From positions 1,624 through 65,623 of the forward strand of contig JAJZBM010000010.1 of NCBI GenBank assembly GCA_021798915.1: DNA of 64,000 nucleotides, in the 5' to 3' direction. This DNA comes from Pseudomonadota bacterium. GTDB taxonomy: Bacteria > Pseudomonadota > Alphaproteobacteria > Acetobacterales > Acetobacteraceae. The first letter of the stretch is position 1, and each line of letters opens with the position of its first letter. This document shows, piece by piece, positions 40,243-51,451 of the stretch. Below the pieces are notes generated by a model. It was not told the origin of the DNA and made no database searches. It saw nothing but the letters and a program-made list of their open reading frames with translations. The translations under genes and the position numbers were made by a program.

Positions 40243-40569
40243 ATGAGTGCACATACCAAACCCGTCACCGACGCGAATTTCGCGGCCGAGGTGTTGCAAG
40301 CCCCGGGGCCGGTGCTGGTCGATTTCTGGGCCGAATGGTGCGGCCCGTGCCGCATGGTCGCCTCGGCGCTGGAGGAGATCGGGCAGGAATATGCCGGGCG
40401 GCTGACCGTCGCCAAGGTCAATGTCGATGAAAACCCGATGACGCCGAACCAGTATTCGGTGCGCGGCATTCCGACCATGATCCTGTTCAAGAATGGTAAA
40501 CCGGCGGCAACGCAGGTCGGCGCGCTGCCCAAATCGCGCCTCAAGACCTGGATCGACAGCGCGATTTGA
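40243..40569 (+). CDS. trxA: Thioredoxin
   Basis: 108 aa with [15 protein letters not shown] and [11 protein letters not shown]. Confidence 0.95.
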   Translation: MSAHTKPVTDANFAAEVLQAPGPVLVDFWAEWCGPCRMVASALEEIGQEYAGRLTVAKVNVDENPMTPNQYSVRGIPTMILFKNGKPAATQVGALPKSRLKTWIDSAI

Positions 40570-40580
40570 TTTTGTAAGCG

Positions 40581-40699
40581 CTTCTTTTTCTGAAGAAAAA
40601 GAAGCAAAAAGACTTTTATCCTATTGTCCTCGCCCGGGCAGTGCCGCAGGCACTGCCCAAGAGGAAAAATTTTTTGGTTCTTTTTTTTCAAAAAAGAAC
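40581..40699. repeat. AT-rich nested-palindrome intergenic element, copy 2 (inverted relative to copy 1)
   Basis: cttctttttctgaagaaaaagaag (40581-40604), caaaaagacttttatcc, cagtgccgcaggcactg (40639-40655) and gttcttttttttcaaaaaagaac (40677-40699). It lies between convergent stops of trxA (40569) and gltX (40708). Confidence 0.9.
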
Positions 40700-40707
40700 G
40701 ATTTTTC

Positions 40708-42090
40708 TTATCTTTTGCCTACATTTCTACTTCCGCCGGCCGCCGCCCGCAGGCGCGCGCAGGCGCGGGCGTGGCCGATCAGAGGGAGTAGTGCGGCGAG
40801 TTCCGGCCCTTCCTCCTCCCCGGTGAGGGCAAGGCGAAGCGGGTGAAAAAGCGCCCGCCCGCGCCGCCCGCTGGCCACGCGCAAGGCTTCGGTCCAACGC
40901 TTCCACACCGTCTCGTCCCATGGTTCGGGAGGCAGAAGATCGGCGGCGGTGGCAAGGAAATCGGCATCCTCGGGGGGCGCGGGGGGTGTTTCGATGTCAC
41001 CATCGGTCACCGCCCACCATTCCTCCGCCTCGCGCAGAAGATCGAGATTGCCGCGCACCGCCTGCCAGAACGCCTCCGTCGCGCTGGCGGGCAGACGCGC
41101 CGCGACCTCCGCGAACGAAAAACCCTGCAACACACGGCGATTGAGGGCGAGCAACTGGCGGAGATCGAATCGTGCGGCGGAGGCGGAAAACGCGCCGAGA
41201 TCGAAACGCGCGGCCAATTCCGCGAGCGGCAAAGGCTCGGGATCGGCGGAACTGCCGAGCCGGGCGAGATAGGCGGCGAGGGTCGCGGCCTCGATTCCGT
41301 CGCGCCGCAGCGTCCGCAGCGAAAGGCTTTGGAGACGTTTGGAAAGCTTGCCGCCGTCGCTATCGGTGAGAAGCGGCAGATGGGCGAACCGCATCGCCGC
41401 CGCCCCTTCCCCGGCCCCCTCGCGCAAGGCCGCGAACAGATCGATCTGCACGCCGGTATTGGTGATGTGATCCTCGCCGCGAATGATATGGGTGATACCC
41501 TCGGCGAGATCATCGACCACCGAGGTGAAGGTATAGAGTGGCGTGCCATCGGCACGGATGAGGACCGGATCGGATACCGCGCCGAGCTTCACCTGGCGCG
41601 CCCCGAGCACCAGATCCTCCCACGCGACCGCGCCATCGGAAAGCCGAAAGCGCCAATAGGGCCGCTTGCCGCCGGCCTCGGCAGCCACCCTCTGGGCCTC
41701 GGTGAGGCGAAGCATGGCGCGGTCATAGACCGGGGCGAGACCGCGTTTGAGCCGCGCCTCGCGTTTCGCGCGCAATTCCTCCTCGCTCTCGAAACAGGGA
41801 TAGAGCCGGCCAGAGGCACGGAGACGCAGCGCCGCCTCGTGGTAGCGGTCGAGCCGCTCGGACTGGCGGAACGTCGCCTCCCAGGCGAGGCCGAGCCAGT
41901 GCAGATCCTGCATGATCGCCTCGGCGAATTCGGGACGCGAGCGCTCGCGGTCGGTATCGTCGAGGCGAAGCAGGAAATGCCCGCCGGCGCGGCGCGCGAA
42001 GAGGAAATTGGCGAGCGCGATGCGGGCATTGCCGACATGGAGATGCCCGGTCGGGCTCGGGGCGAAGCGGACGCGAACCGGCGCGGTCAT
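40708..42090 (-). CDS. gltX: Glutamyl-tRNA synthetase
   Basis: 460 aa with RFAPSPTGHLHVGNARIAL (HIGH) and GGKLSKRL (KMSKS). Confidence 0.95.
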   Translation of the reverse strand: MTAPVRVRFAPSPTGHLHVGNARIALANFLFARRAGGHFLLRLDDTDRERSRPEFAEAIMQDLHWLGLAWEATFRQSERLDRYHEAALRLRASGRLYPCFESEEELRAKREARLKRGLAPVYDRAMLRLTEAQRVAAEAGGKRPYWRFRLSDGAVAWEDLVLGARQVKLGAVSDPVLIRADGTPLYTFTSVVDDLAEGITHIIRGEDHITNTGVQIDLFAALREGAGEGAAAMRFAHLPLLTDSDGGKLSKRLQSLSLRTLRRDGIEAATLAAYLARLGSSADPEPLPLAELAARFDLGAFSASAARFDLRQLLALNRRVLQGFSFAEVAARLPASATEAFWQAVRGNLDLLREAEEWWAVTDGDIETPPAPPEDADFLATAADLLPPEPWDETVWKRWTEALRVASGRRGRALFHPLRLALTGEEEGPELAALLPLIGHARACARLRAAAGGSRNVGKR

Positions 42091-42485
42091 ATTTCGTCCT
42101 CGCCGTTCTCGCCGTTCTCGTCGTCCTCGGCGGCGAGGCGCGGGTCGAGGGCGCGCCAGTCGCGCTCTTCGGGTGGGGCCGGATTTTCCGCGAAATCAGC
42201 GCATTCCTGCGCGCTACGAAAGCCCCCCTCGCCGGCTGCGATGATTTCGGCATCCTCGCCGAAAGCCCGCCAGGCGGCGAGCACCGCGCCCGCACCCCGG
42301 CCACCGGCGTCGCGGCAGCGCTCGATGCTGTCGCGGACATAGGCGCGGGCGAAGGCGTTGGCGTGCATCAGGGTCGGGAATCCGCCGATCTCCTCGACGA
42401 TGCCGGCTTCGGCGCCGCCGGAATGGTCGATGATGCGCACCCGCCAACCGCCCGGCGGCGCGAAAAGATCGCCAAAATCGCTCAT
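42087..42485 (-). CDS. Hypothetical acidic protein (132 aa)
   Basis: ATGA overlaps at both ends (nadE stop/start at 42482-42485, gltX start at 42087-42090). GC3-rich frame and an acidic tail DDENGENGEDEI. I recognise no family. Confidence 0.6.
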   Translation of the reverse strand: MSDFGDLFAPPGGWRVRIIDHSGGAEAGIVEEIGGFPTLMHANAFARAYVRDSIERCRDAGGRGAGAVLAAWRAFGEDAEIIAAGEGGFRSAQECADFAENPAPPEERDWRALDPRLAAEDDENGENGEDEI

Positions 42486-44146
42486 CGCACGAGGCCGGTA
42501 AATCCGTTGGTGATCGGATAGCGGCGGTCGCGTCCGAAGGCGCGTGAGGTGATCTTCACCCCCGGCGGCGCTTGTCGGCGCTTGTATTCGGCGCGGTCGA
42601 GCATTTTCCAGACCCGCAGCACGGTCTCGCGCGGGAAGCCCCGGGCGACCAGCGCCTCGACCGATTCCTCACCCTCGACGAGGCCGGCGAGAATACCGTC
42701 GAGGAGATCATAGGGCGGCAGGCTGTCCTGGTCGGTCTGGTTCGGTTTCAGCTCGGCCGAAGGCGGTTTTTCGATCACGCGGGCCGGAATGACCACGCCC
42801 GCCGGGCCATGCGCGCCCGCCGGGCGGTGGTCGTTCCGCCAGCGCGAGAGGGCGAATACGGTGGTTTTATAGACATCCTTGAGCACCGAGTAGCCACCGC
42901 ACATATCGCCGTACAACGTCGCGTAACCGACTGACATTTCACTTTTATTGCCGGTGGTCAGTAGCATGTCGCCGCCTTTGTTGGAGAGCGCCATGAGAAT
43001 GAGGCCGCGCGCCCGGGATTGGATATTTTCCTCCGTCGCGTCTGGCGCATACCCAGCGAAAGCCGGCGCCAGGGCCTGCTCGAAGGCCGCCATCGCCGGC
43101 GTGATCGCGATGGTATCGCAGCGAATGCCGAGCCGATTCGCGACCTCGGCGGCATCGTCGAGGCTTTCGGCGCTGGTATAGGGGCTCGGCAGCATCACCG
43201 CGCGCACCCGATCGGACCCCAGCGCATCGACCGCGACGGCGGCGGAGAGCGCACTGTCGATCCCGCCGGAGAGGCCAAGCAGAACGCCGGGAAAGCCGTT
43301 TTTGGTGACGTAATCGGCAAGCCCCAGCATCATGCCGTGATAGGTCTGGGCGAGCACCGAGGGCTCGGGCGCGCGCGCGCCAGGCGCGCAGACCAGCCCG
43401 CCCGCCGTTCGCCGCCAGGTGGTGAGCGTCACCGCTTCCTGAAACCACGGCAGTTGATGCGCGAGACTGCGATCGGCGTTGAGCACGAACGAGGCGCCTT
43501 CGAACACCAGTTCGTCTTGGCCGCCGATTTGGGCGCAAAACACGAAGGGCAGCCCAGTTTCGACGACGCGCGAGACCGCGAGCGCAAGGCGCTGATCCTG
43601 TTTTCCGACCTCGAACGGCGAGGCATTGAGCGAGAGCAGCATCTCCGCCCCGCTTTCGGCCAAGGTTTCAGGAACGGCGGGAAGCCACCAATCCTCGCAC
43701 ACCAGGACGCCGAGGCGAAAGCCGCGAAAGGCGATCGGGCCGGGCGCCGGGCCGGCATCGAACAGACGTTTTTCGTCGAACACGCCATAATTGGGCAATT
43801 CGTGCTTGGCACGGCGGGCGAGAATTTTTCCCTCACCGAGCAGGAAAGCGGCGTTGTGGAGTTTTTCGCCCTCCCGCCACGGCCCACCGACCAGCAGAGC
43901 CGGCCCGCCATCCGCGGTCTCAGCGGCGAGCGCCTCGATCCGCTCGGCACAGGCGGCGACGAAGGCGGGCTTGCGCACCAGATCCTCGGGCGGATAGCCG
44001 CAGATCGAAAATTCCGGCGTGACCACGAGATCGGCACCGAGGCGGGCACCTTCGGCGCGGGCGGCGCGGAGGTTTTGCGCGATCTCATCCAGCGCGCCAA
44101 GTCGCGGGTTGAGCTGGGCGAGGGCGATCGTGAGCGTCTCCGACAT
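42482..44146 (-). CDS. nadE: Glutamine-dependent NAD+ synthetase
   Basis: 554 aa. N-terminal C-N hydrolase domain (LVVTPEFSICGYPPEDL, VLVCEDWW) plus an NAD synthetase domain with the PP-loop GLSGGIDSAL. Confidence 0.95.
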   Translation of the reverse strand: MSETLTIALAQLNPRLGALDEIAQNLRAARAEGARLGADLVVTPEFSICGYPPEDLVRKPAFVAACAERIEALAAETADGGPALLVGGPWREGEKLHNAAFLLGEGKILARRAKHELPNYGVFDEKRLFDAGPAPGPIAFRGFRLGVLVCEDWWLPAVPETLAESGAEMLLSLNASPFEVGKQDQRLALAVSRVVETGLPFVFCAQIGGQDELVFEGASFVLNADRSLAHQLPWFQEAVTLTTWRRTAGGLVCAPGARAPEPSVLAQTYHGMMLGLADYVTKNGFPGVLLGLSGGIDSALSAAVAVDALGSDRVRAVMLPSPYTSAESLDDAAEVANRLGIRCDTIAITPAMAAFEQALAPAFAGYAPDATEENIQSRARGLILMALSNKGGDMLLTTGNKSEMSVGYATLYGDMCGGYSVLKDVYKTTVFALSRWRNDHRPAGAHGPAGVVIPARVIEKPPSAELKPNQTDQDSLPPYDLLDGILAGLVEGEESVEALVARGFPRETVLRVWKMLDRAEYKRRQAPPGVKITSRAFGRDRRYPITNGFTGLVR

Positions 44147-44155
44147 CGCCCGGAC

Positions 44156-45328
44156 TCAGCCCGACCCGCGCGCGGCCTTGCGGCGGAGCAGGAATTCGCG
44201 CCCCAGCTTCACCCGCGGAACCCCATTATAGTCAATGACATCGGCGGTGGCATAAGTCTCGTTCCAGGCTTCGGGGATGAAGCTGCCGGTGCCGACGAGA
44301 TCGATCGGGGCGCGGGCGTCCGCCATGACGCGGCATTTCTCGACCGTGAAGCCCGATGAGACGATGATGCGCACGCGCCCGAAGCCGGCGGCATCCAGCG
44401 CTTCGCGCAGGCGCCAGATGGCGGCGGCGGAAACCCCGGTGCCGATCAGGGCGTGCAGCTCGGCATGGCTGCGATAGCGGCGGATGGCGCCCGGCGCATG
44501 GCGTTCCAAGACGGCATAGCTCTCACCGGGATCGAGCCCCTCGATGAAACGCCCGCCATGGGTGTCGAGCCGTATCGCGAGATCGCCGCGCGCCGCGAGA
44601 TCGGAAAAATGACCGCAGACCTCGAGCGCATCGCTGACCTCGCGGCCGAAATAATCGACGAGAACGGTGAGGTTTTCATCGGGATAGGTCGCGCGGAACA
44701 TCTCGGCGGCGCGGAGCGTCGAGCCAGCATAGCCGATCAGCGCATGCGGCATGGTGCCGAGGCCACGTTTGGCGCCGAACCAATGCGCCGTTCCGTCATT
44801 GGCGTTGCCGATGAAGCCTCGCGCCCCCTCGCGCTTGGCCGCCTCGCTGCCGATGGCGGCGGCATAGGCCATCATCTCCTGCATCTCGGCGCCGGCGCAA
44901 TGCCGCGCCTCCATGGCGAGAAACCCGACTTCCGGCAGGGCGAGGCTCATTTGATAGGCATTATGCGCGGCAACACAGGGCGCGCCGAGTTTTTGGAGGA
45001 ACAGGGTTTCGAGATCGGCGAGCTTGACGAGGCTGCCGCTGAGATAGGCGATCGGCTCGCCGGCGCCGACCCAGGTGCCTTCGGCGTGGAGCAGCTCGAT
45101 CTCGAACCGCGTCGCGCGCGCCCGCTCCACCTCGCGCAGCCAGTCGATCATCAGGCGCGGCGCCGAGATCACCGGGCGGCGCAGAAACAGGGCGTAAGTT
45201 ACCCGGGCATCGCCGAACCGTGCCGCGATCTCACGGGTGCGATTGAAATAGCTGTCGGTGCGGGCGGCGATTTCCTGTTCCAGCTCGGCGTTCTGCTTTG
45301 ATTCCGGGTGCGGCGCGGTCTCGCTCAT
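44156..45328 (-). CDS. Nicotinate phosphoribosyltransferase family protein (short, ~390-aa type)
   Basis: N-terminal TDSYFNRT, the central GTMPHALI motif, and [11 protein letters not shown] late motifs are typical of type II PRTases of the NAPRT family. Confidence 0.7.
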   Translation of the reverse strand: MSETAPHPESKQNAELEQEIAARTDSYFNRTREIAARFGDARVTYALFLRRPVISAPRLMIDWLREVERARATRFEIELLHAEGTWVGAGEPIAYLSGSLVKLADLETLFLQKLGAPCVAAHNAYQMSLALPEVGFLAMEARHCAGAEMQEMMAYAAAIGSEAAKREGARGFIGNANDGTAHWFGAKRGLGTMPHALIGYAGSTLRAAEMFRATYPDENLTVLVDYFGREVSDALEVCGHFSDLAARGDLAIRLDTHGGRFIEGLDPGESYAVLERHAPGAIRRYRSHAELHALIGTGVSAAAIWRLREALDAAGFGRVRIIVSSGFTVEKCRVMADARAPIDLVGTGSFIPEAWNETYATADVIDYNGVPRVKLGREFLLRRKAARGSG

Positions 45329-46797
45329 TGCGCGGCGACCGCCGAGGCGGGATCGAGGCCGGCACGGCGGGCCTGCAATTCGGCGGCGAGCAGGAAGGCG
45401 AGTTCGAGCGACTGGCCGGCATTGAGCCGCGGGTCACAAAACGTCTCGTAGCGGGCACCGAGATCGGCCTCGGTGAGCTGATGCGCGCCGCCGACGCATT
45501 CGGTGACGTTCTGGCCGGTCATTTCCACATGCACGCCGCCTGGCCGGGTGCCTTCCGCCTGGTGGACATCGAAAAAGCCCCGCACCTCGGCGAGAATGGC
45601 ATCGAAGCGCCGGGTTTTGACGCGGGCAGCGGTGGTGATGGTGTTGCCGTGCATCGGATCGCACACCCAGAGCACGGGGATGCCGGCACTTTTCACGGCG
45701 CGGACGAGCGGCGGCAATTTCGCCGCGATTTTTTCCGCCCCCATGCGCGTGATCAAAGTGAGGCGGCCGGGACTGGCCTCGGGGTTGAGGGTTTCGACCA
45801 GACGCACCAGCTCGTCGGGTGCCATCGAAGGGCCGACCTTGAGGCCGATCGGGTTTCTGACGCCGCGCAGAAATTCGACATGGGCGCCGTCCGGCTGGCG
45901 GGTGCGATCGCCGATCCAGAGGAAATGGGCGGAACAGGCATACCATTCCCCGGTCGTCGAATCGATCCGGGTCAGCGCCTGTTCATACGGGAGCAGCAGC
46001 GCCTCGTGGCTGGTGTAGAAATCGGTTTCACGAATCTGCGGCGTGGTCGCGCTGGTCATGCCGCAAGCGGCCATGAAGCCGAGCGTCTCGTCGATGCGCG
46101 CGGCGAGATCGCGATAACGCGCGGCGAGCGGCGAATGCGCGACGAAATCGAGATTCCAGCGATGCACCTGATGCAGATCGGCATAGCCGCCGGAAGCGAA
46201 GGCGCGCAGCAGGTTGAGCGTGCCGGCTGATTGGAAATAGCCGGATTCCATCCGCGCCGGGTCGGGAATTCGCGCTTCAGCGGTGAAATCCGGGCCGTTG
46301 ATGATATCGCCGCGATAGCTCGGCAGGGTGATGCCGGCCACGGTTTCGGCGTCCGAACTGCGCGGCTTGGCGTATTGCCCGGCCATGCGGCCGAGTTTCA
46401 CCACCGGCACGCGCGCGCCAAAGGTCAGTACCACCGCCATCTGCAAAAGGACGCGGAACGTATCGCGGATGATATTGGCGGTGAAATCGCCGAAGCTTTC
46501 CGCGCAGTCGCCGCCCTGGAGCACGAAGGCGCGGCCCGCGACGGCCTCACCGAGCGCGGCACGGAGCCGGCGCGCCTCGCCCGCGAAGACCAGCGGTGGA
46601 TACTGCGAAAGCCGCCCCTCGACGGCGGCGAGCCGCTCGCGGTCGGGATAGACCGGCGCCTGCCAGATCTGTCGCGTCCGCCACGTCTCGGGCGACCACG
46701 TCTCGGGCGACGACGTCTCGGGTGACCGGGCCTCCGGCAACCGGGGCTCGGGCGACCGGCGAGAAGCGGGAGACGCCGCAGGATTGTCAGTCATCAT
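45325..46797 (-). CDS. Class II 3-deoxy-7-phosphoheptulonate (DAHP) synthase
   Basis: 490 aa with [53 protein letters not shown] and VCDPMHGNT. There is a repeat-containing N-terminal extension. Confidence 0.9.
   Translation of the reverse strand: MMTDNPAASPASRRSPEPRLPEARSPETSSPETWSPETWRTRQIWQAPVYPDRERLAAVEGRLSQYPPLVFAGEARRLRAALGEAVAGRAFVLQGGDCAESFGDFTANIIRDTFRVLLQMAVVLTFGARVPVVKLGRMAGQYAKPRSSDAETVAGITLPSYRGDIINGPDFTAEARIPDPARMESGYFQSAGTLNLLRAFASGGYADLHQVHRWNLDFVAHSPLAARYRDLAARIDETLGFMAACGMTSATTPQIRETDFYTSHEALLLPYEQALTRIDSTTGEWYACSAHFLWIGDRTRQPDGAHVEFLRGVRNPIGLKVGPSMAPDELVRLVETLNPEASPGRLTLITRMGAEKIAAKLPPLVRAVKSAGIPVLWVCDPMHGNTITTAARVKTRRFDAILAEVRGFFDVHQAEGTRPGGVHVEMTGQNVTECVGGAHQLTEADLGARYETFCDPRLNAGQSLELAFLLAAELQARRAGLDPASAVAAQ
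46681..46755. repeat. Five tandem 15-bp units (two perfect, three diverged) within the 5' end of the DAHP synthase gene
   Basis: ccacgtctcgggcga x2, cgacgtctcgggtga, ccgggcctccggcaa, ccggggctcgggcga. These encode (S/L)PE-x-x pentapeptide repeats ([25 protein letters not shown]). Confidence 0.9.
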
Positions 46798-46866
46798 GCA
46801 CCCAAATCACGAAATACCGCAGTGCGAAGGCGTAACGCCTTTCCCGTGCCGCGGCAACTGGCGCGG

Positions 46867-47775
46867 TTACCCGGCTGGCCGGGCGCGGCGGCGCATGAAG
46901 CGCCGGCCGATACGGACTAGGCGCGGCATGGTGGTGGGCTTGATCAGGCGCGGATCGTAGCCGGAGAGCCGGCGATCGTTTTCGGCGAGGCAGATATCGA
47001 GCAATTCGGCGGGGTCGATTTCCCCGACCACGGCTTCCGAGCCCTTGGCGGTGAAATTGGCGTCCTGCGGGGTGCCGTTGACGTCGCGGGCGATGCCGAT
47101 CCGCTCCCAGATCAGGAACAGCCAGACGGCGGCGGTCTTAAGCAGGAACCAGGGCCGCCGCCAGAACGGCATCCGGCGCTTGTACCAGGTGATCCAATTG
47201 ATGAAAAACAGGATGTGGCGGCCTTCCTCCTGGATCACCGGCTCGAAGGTTTCGACCAGTTCGGGCGGAAAAAAGCCGGAACGGCGGGCGAGTTCGAACA
47301 GGCCGAAGGCGAAGAAACTGTCGATGCACTCGGAATAGCCGGTGACCATGAAGGCCCATTCAGGATCGCGCGGGGCAAGGTATTCAGGCTCCGGGGCGAG
47401 CGCGATGTCATAAGCGGCGACGAGGCGGGACAGCACCTCCTTGTGCCGGTTCTCCTCGAACGCCATGCGCTCCAGAGCCTCGCGCAGCGGCTGCGCGGTG
47501 ACGCGCTCGGCAAAGGCGAGAATCCGGAGCCGCGCCTTCCCCTCGGTCTGGACGGCGATATCCCAGATCGGCAGCGAGATCAGCCGCGTGCGGGCCTCCT
47601 CATCGAGCTTCGGCCATGCGATCACCGCCGGCTTATAGGGATTGAAGGTATCGAGCAGCATGCGGCTCATCATCCGCATGTATTCGTCCCCGCCGCGATC
47701 GAGCCGGCCGGGAACCGGATATTGCCAGTGCCGCGCGGCGTGATCGGCGGCTTCGATGAGAGCGCTATCGGTCAT
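46867..47775 (-). CDS. Ferritin-like diiron-carboxylate protein with a C-terminal hydrophobic segment, function unknown
   Basis: It has two E...ExxH units (VQTEGKA ... EENRHKE, and YSECIDS ... QEEGRHILFF). A hydrophobic helix follows (WFLLKTAAVWLFLIW). Start at Met31 (MTDSALIE), because a longer start would run into tRNA-His. Confidence 0.65.
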   Translation of the reverse strand: MTDSALIEAADHAARHWQYPVPGRLDRGGDEYMRMMSRMLLDTFNPYKPAVIAWPKLDEEARTRLISLPIWDIAVQTEGKARLRILAFAERVTAQPLREALERMAFEENRHKEVLSRLVAAYDIALAPEPEYLAPRDPEWAFMVTGYSECIDSFFAFGLFELARRSGFFPPELVETFEPVIQEEGRHILFFINWITWYKRRMPFWRRPWFLLKTAAVWLFLIWERIGIARDVNGTPQDANFTAKGSEAVVGEIDPAELLDICLAENDRRLSGYDPRLIKPTTMPRLVRIGRRFMRRRARPAG

Positions 47776-47820
47776 GGGAAAAAATCCTCGCTCGGCGAAG
47801 GCGACCCGAGAGGGCGGGAA

Positions 47821-47897
47821 TGGGGCGAGCGATGGGACTCGAACCCACGGCATCCAAGACCACAACCTGGCGCTCTACCAACTGAGCTACGCCCGCC
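47821..47897 (-). tRNA. tRNA-His (anticodon GTG), with encoded G-1 and CCA
   Basis: The reverse complement is GGCGGGCGTAGCTCAGTTGGTAGAGCGCCAGGTTGTGGTCTTGGATGCCGTGGGTTCGAGTCCCATCGCTCGCCCCA. It folds as a cloverleaf by eye with anticodon loop TTGTGGT. Confidence 0.9.
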
Positions 47898-47922
47898 ATC
47901 CCTGCCCCGCCGTTTAGGACGA

Positions 47923-49712
<1,790 letters not shown>

Positions 49713-49829
49713 CGCGCAGGCAGTATCCGGCGACACCGCGATCCGGCTTTGCGTCAGCCTGCGAACGGTCTAAATGCTAGCCCTCCCGGCGTCGGCCGCA
49801 CCGGCGTCCCCGTCCCCATGACTGAGCGT

Positions 49830-49862
49830 CACGACCACAGAATCACGACCACAGAATCACGA
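49830..49862. repeat. Tandem 14-bp direct repeat (cacgaccacagaat x2 plus cacga) in the glnB-glnA spacer
   Basis: 49830-49843 and 49844-57 are identical, and a partial third unit covers 49858-62. Confidence 0.9.
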
Positions 49863-49939
49863 TATTGCCAGGCCGCCGACAAGACCGGCGCGTGGTGAAC
49901 TCGGCTCCAGCAAACCATGAGAAAGGGTTGAAAAAAACT

Positions 49940-51373
49940 ATGGCGAAGAAGGCCCCAGAAGCCGCGAGCGGCGTGGACAAGGTGATGGAGATGCTCAAGG
50001 AGCACTCCGTCGAATACGTCGATCTCCGCTTCACCGATCCGCGCGGTAAGTGGCACCACACGGCGCAGCACGTCTCGACGATCGACGAGGAGGCGTTCCG
50101 CGACGGCATCATGTTCGACGGCTCTTCGATCGCCGGCTGGAAGGCGATCAACGAGAGCGACATGATCCTGATGCCGGATGCCGCCTCCGCGGTGATGGAC
50201 CCGTTCGCGGCCAAGCCGTCATTGATTTTGTTTTGCGACATCCTCGAGCCCTCGACCGGCCAGGCCTATCATCGCGATCCGCGCAGCACGGCGAAGAAAG
50301 CCGAGGCCTATCTCCGCGCGACCGGCATCGGCGATACCGCCTCCTTCGGGCCGGAAGCCGAATTCTTCGTGTTCGACAACGTGAAATTCGGCACCGGCGG
50401 CAATTACGGCTTCTATCAGCTCGATTCGACCGAAGGGCCGCAAGCCTCGATGAAAGACTACCCCGAGGGCAATATGGGCCACCGTCCGGGGATCAAAGGC
50501 GGCTATTTCCCGGTCCCCCCGGTCGATAGCGAAAGCGACCTTCGCGCCGAAATGCTCTCGACCATGGGTGAAATGGGCGTCATCATCGAGAAGCATCATC
50601 ATGAGGTTGCGCAGTCCCAGCATGAATTGGGCATGAAATTCGGCCCGCTCGTGCGCATGGCCGACCATCTGCAGATCTATAAATACTGCATCCACAACGT
50701 CGCCCACAGCTACGGCAAGACCGCGACTTTCATGCCGAAGCCGATCTATGGCGATAACGGCTCCGGCATGCATGTGCATCAGTCGATCTGGAAGGCGGGC
50801 AAGCCGTTGTTCGCCGGCAACAGCTATGCCGATCTCTCGGAGTCCGCGCTCTATTACATCGGCGGCATCATCAAGCACGCCAAGGCGATCAATGCCTTCA
50901 CCAATCCTTCCACCAACAGCTACAAGCGCTTGATTCCGGGCTTCGAGGCGCCGGTGCTGCTCGCCTATTCGGCGCGCAACCGCTCCGCTTCCTGCCGCAT
51001 CCCCTATGCGACCAGCCCCAAGGCCAAGCGCGTCGAGGTGCGTTTCCCCGACCCCGCCGCCAACCCCTATCTCGCCTTCGCAGCGATGCTGATGGCCGGC
51101 CTCGATGGCATCCGTAACAAGATCCATCCTGGCGACCCGATGGACAAGGATCTCTACGACCTGCCGCCCGAGGAGCTGAAGGGCATCCCGACGGTGTGCG
51201 GCTCGCTGCGCGAGGCGCTCGGGGCGCTGGCCGCCGATCACGAGTTCCTGCTCGCCGGTGACGTCTTCAGCAAGGATCAGATCGAGAGCTATATCGAGCT
51301 GAAATGGGGCGAAGTCTATCGTTTCGAGCACACCCCGCACCCGGTCGAATTCGAGATGTATTACTCGGTCTGA
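49940..51373 (+). CDS. glnA: Glutamine synthetase type I
   Basis: 477 aa with [39 protein letters not shown] and the adenylylation-site context [11 protein letters not shown]. Confidence 0.95.
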   Translation: MAKKAPEAASGVDKVMEMLKEHSVEYVDLRFTDPRGKWHHTAQHVSTIDEEAFRDGIMFDGSSIAGWKAINESDMILMPDAASAVMDPFAAKPSLILFCDILEPSTGQAYHRDPRSTAKKAEAYLRATGIGDTASFGPEAEFFVFDNVKFGTGGNYGFYQLDSTEGPQASMKDYPEGNMGHRPGIKGGYFPVPPVDSESDLRAEMLSTMGEMGVIIEKHHHEVAQSQHELGMKFGPLVRMADHLQIYKYCIHNVAHSYGKTATFMPKPIYGDNGSGMHVHQSIWKAGKPLFAGNSYADLSESALYYIGGIIKHAKAINAFTNPSTNSYKRLIPGFEAPVLLAYSARNRSASCRIPYATSPKAKRVEVRFPDPAANPYLAFAAMLMAGLDGIRNKIHPGDPMDKDLYDLPPEELKGIPTVCGSLREALGALAADHEFLLAGDVFSKDQIESYIELKWGEVYRFEHTPHPVEFEMYYSV

Positions 51374-51388
51374 CCACCCCGCGCGGCG

Positions 51389-51424
51389 ATAAAAAAGGCG
51401 CCCCTTCTCGCGGAGGGGCGCCTT
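51389..51424 (-). terminator. Intrinsic terminator (11-bp perfect GC-rich stem plus T-run on the minus strand), shared between the convergent glnA and rpfF-like genes
   Basis: aaggcgcccct (51395-51405) and aggggcgcctt (51414-51424) with an 8-nt loop. On the minus strand the stem is followed by TTTTTTAT. On the plus strand there is no clean U-run. Confidence 0.75.
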
Positions 51425-51451
51425 AGCATTGTTCGTAACCGCGGAAGCGCA

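Noticed and set aside
51395-51424. The GC-rich hairpin after glnA as a riboswitch or attenuator
   Set aside because: It sits between two convergent stop codons, and on the minus strand it is followed by a T-run. A shared intrinsic terminator explains it fully.
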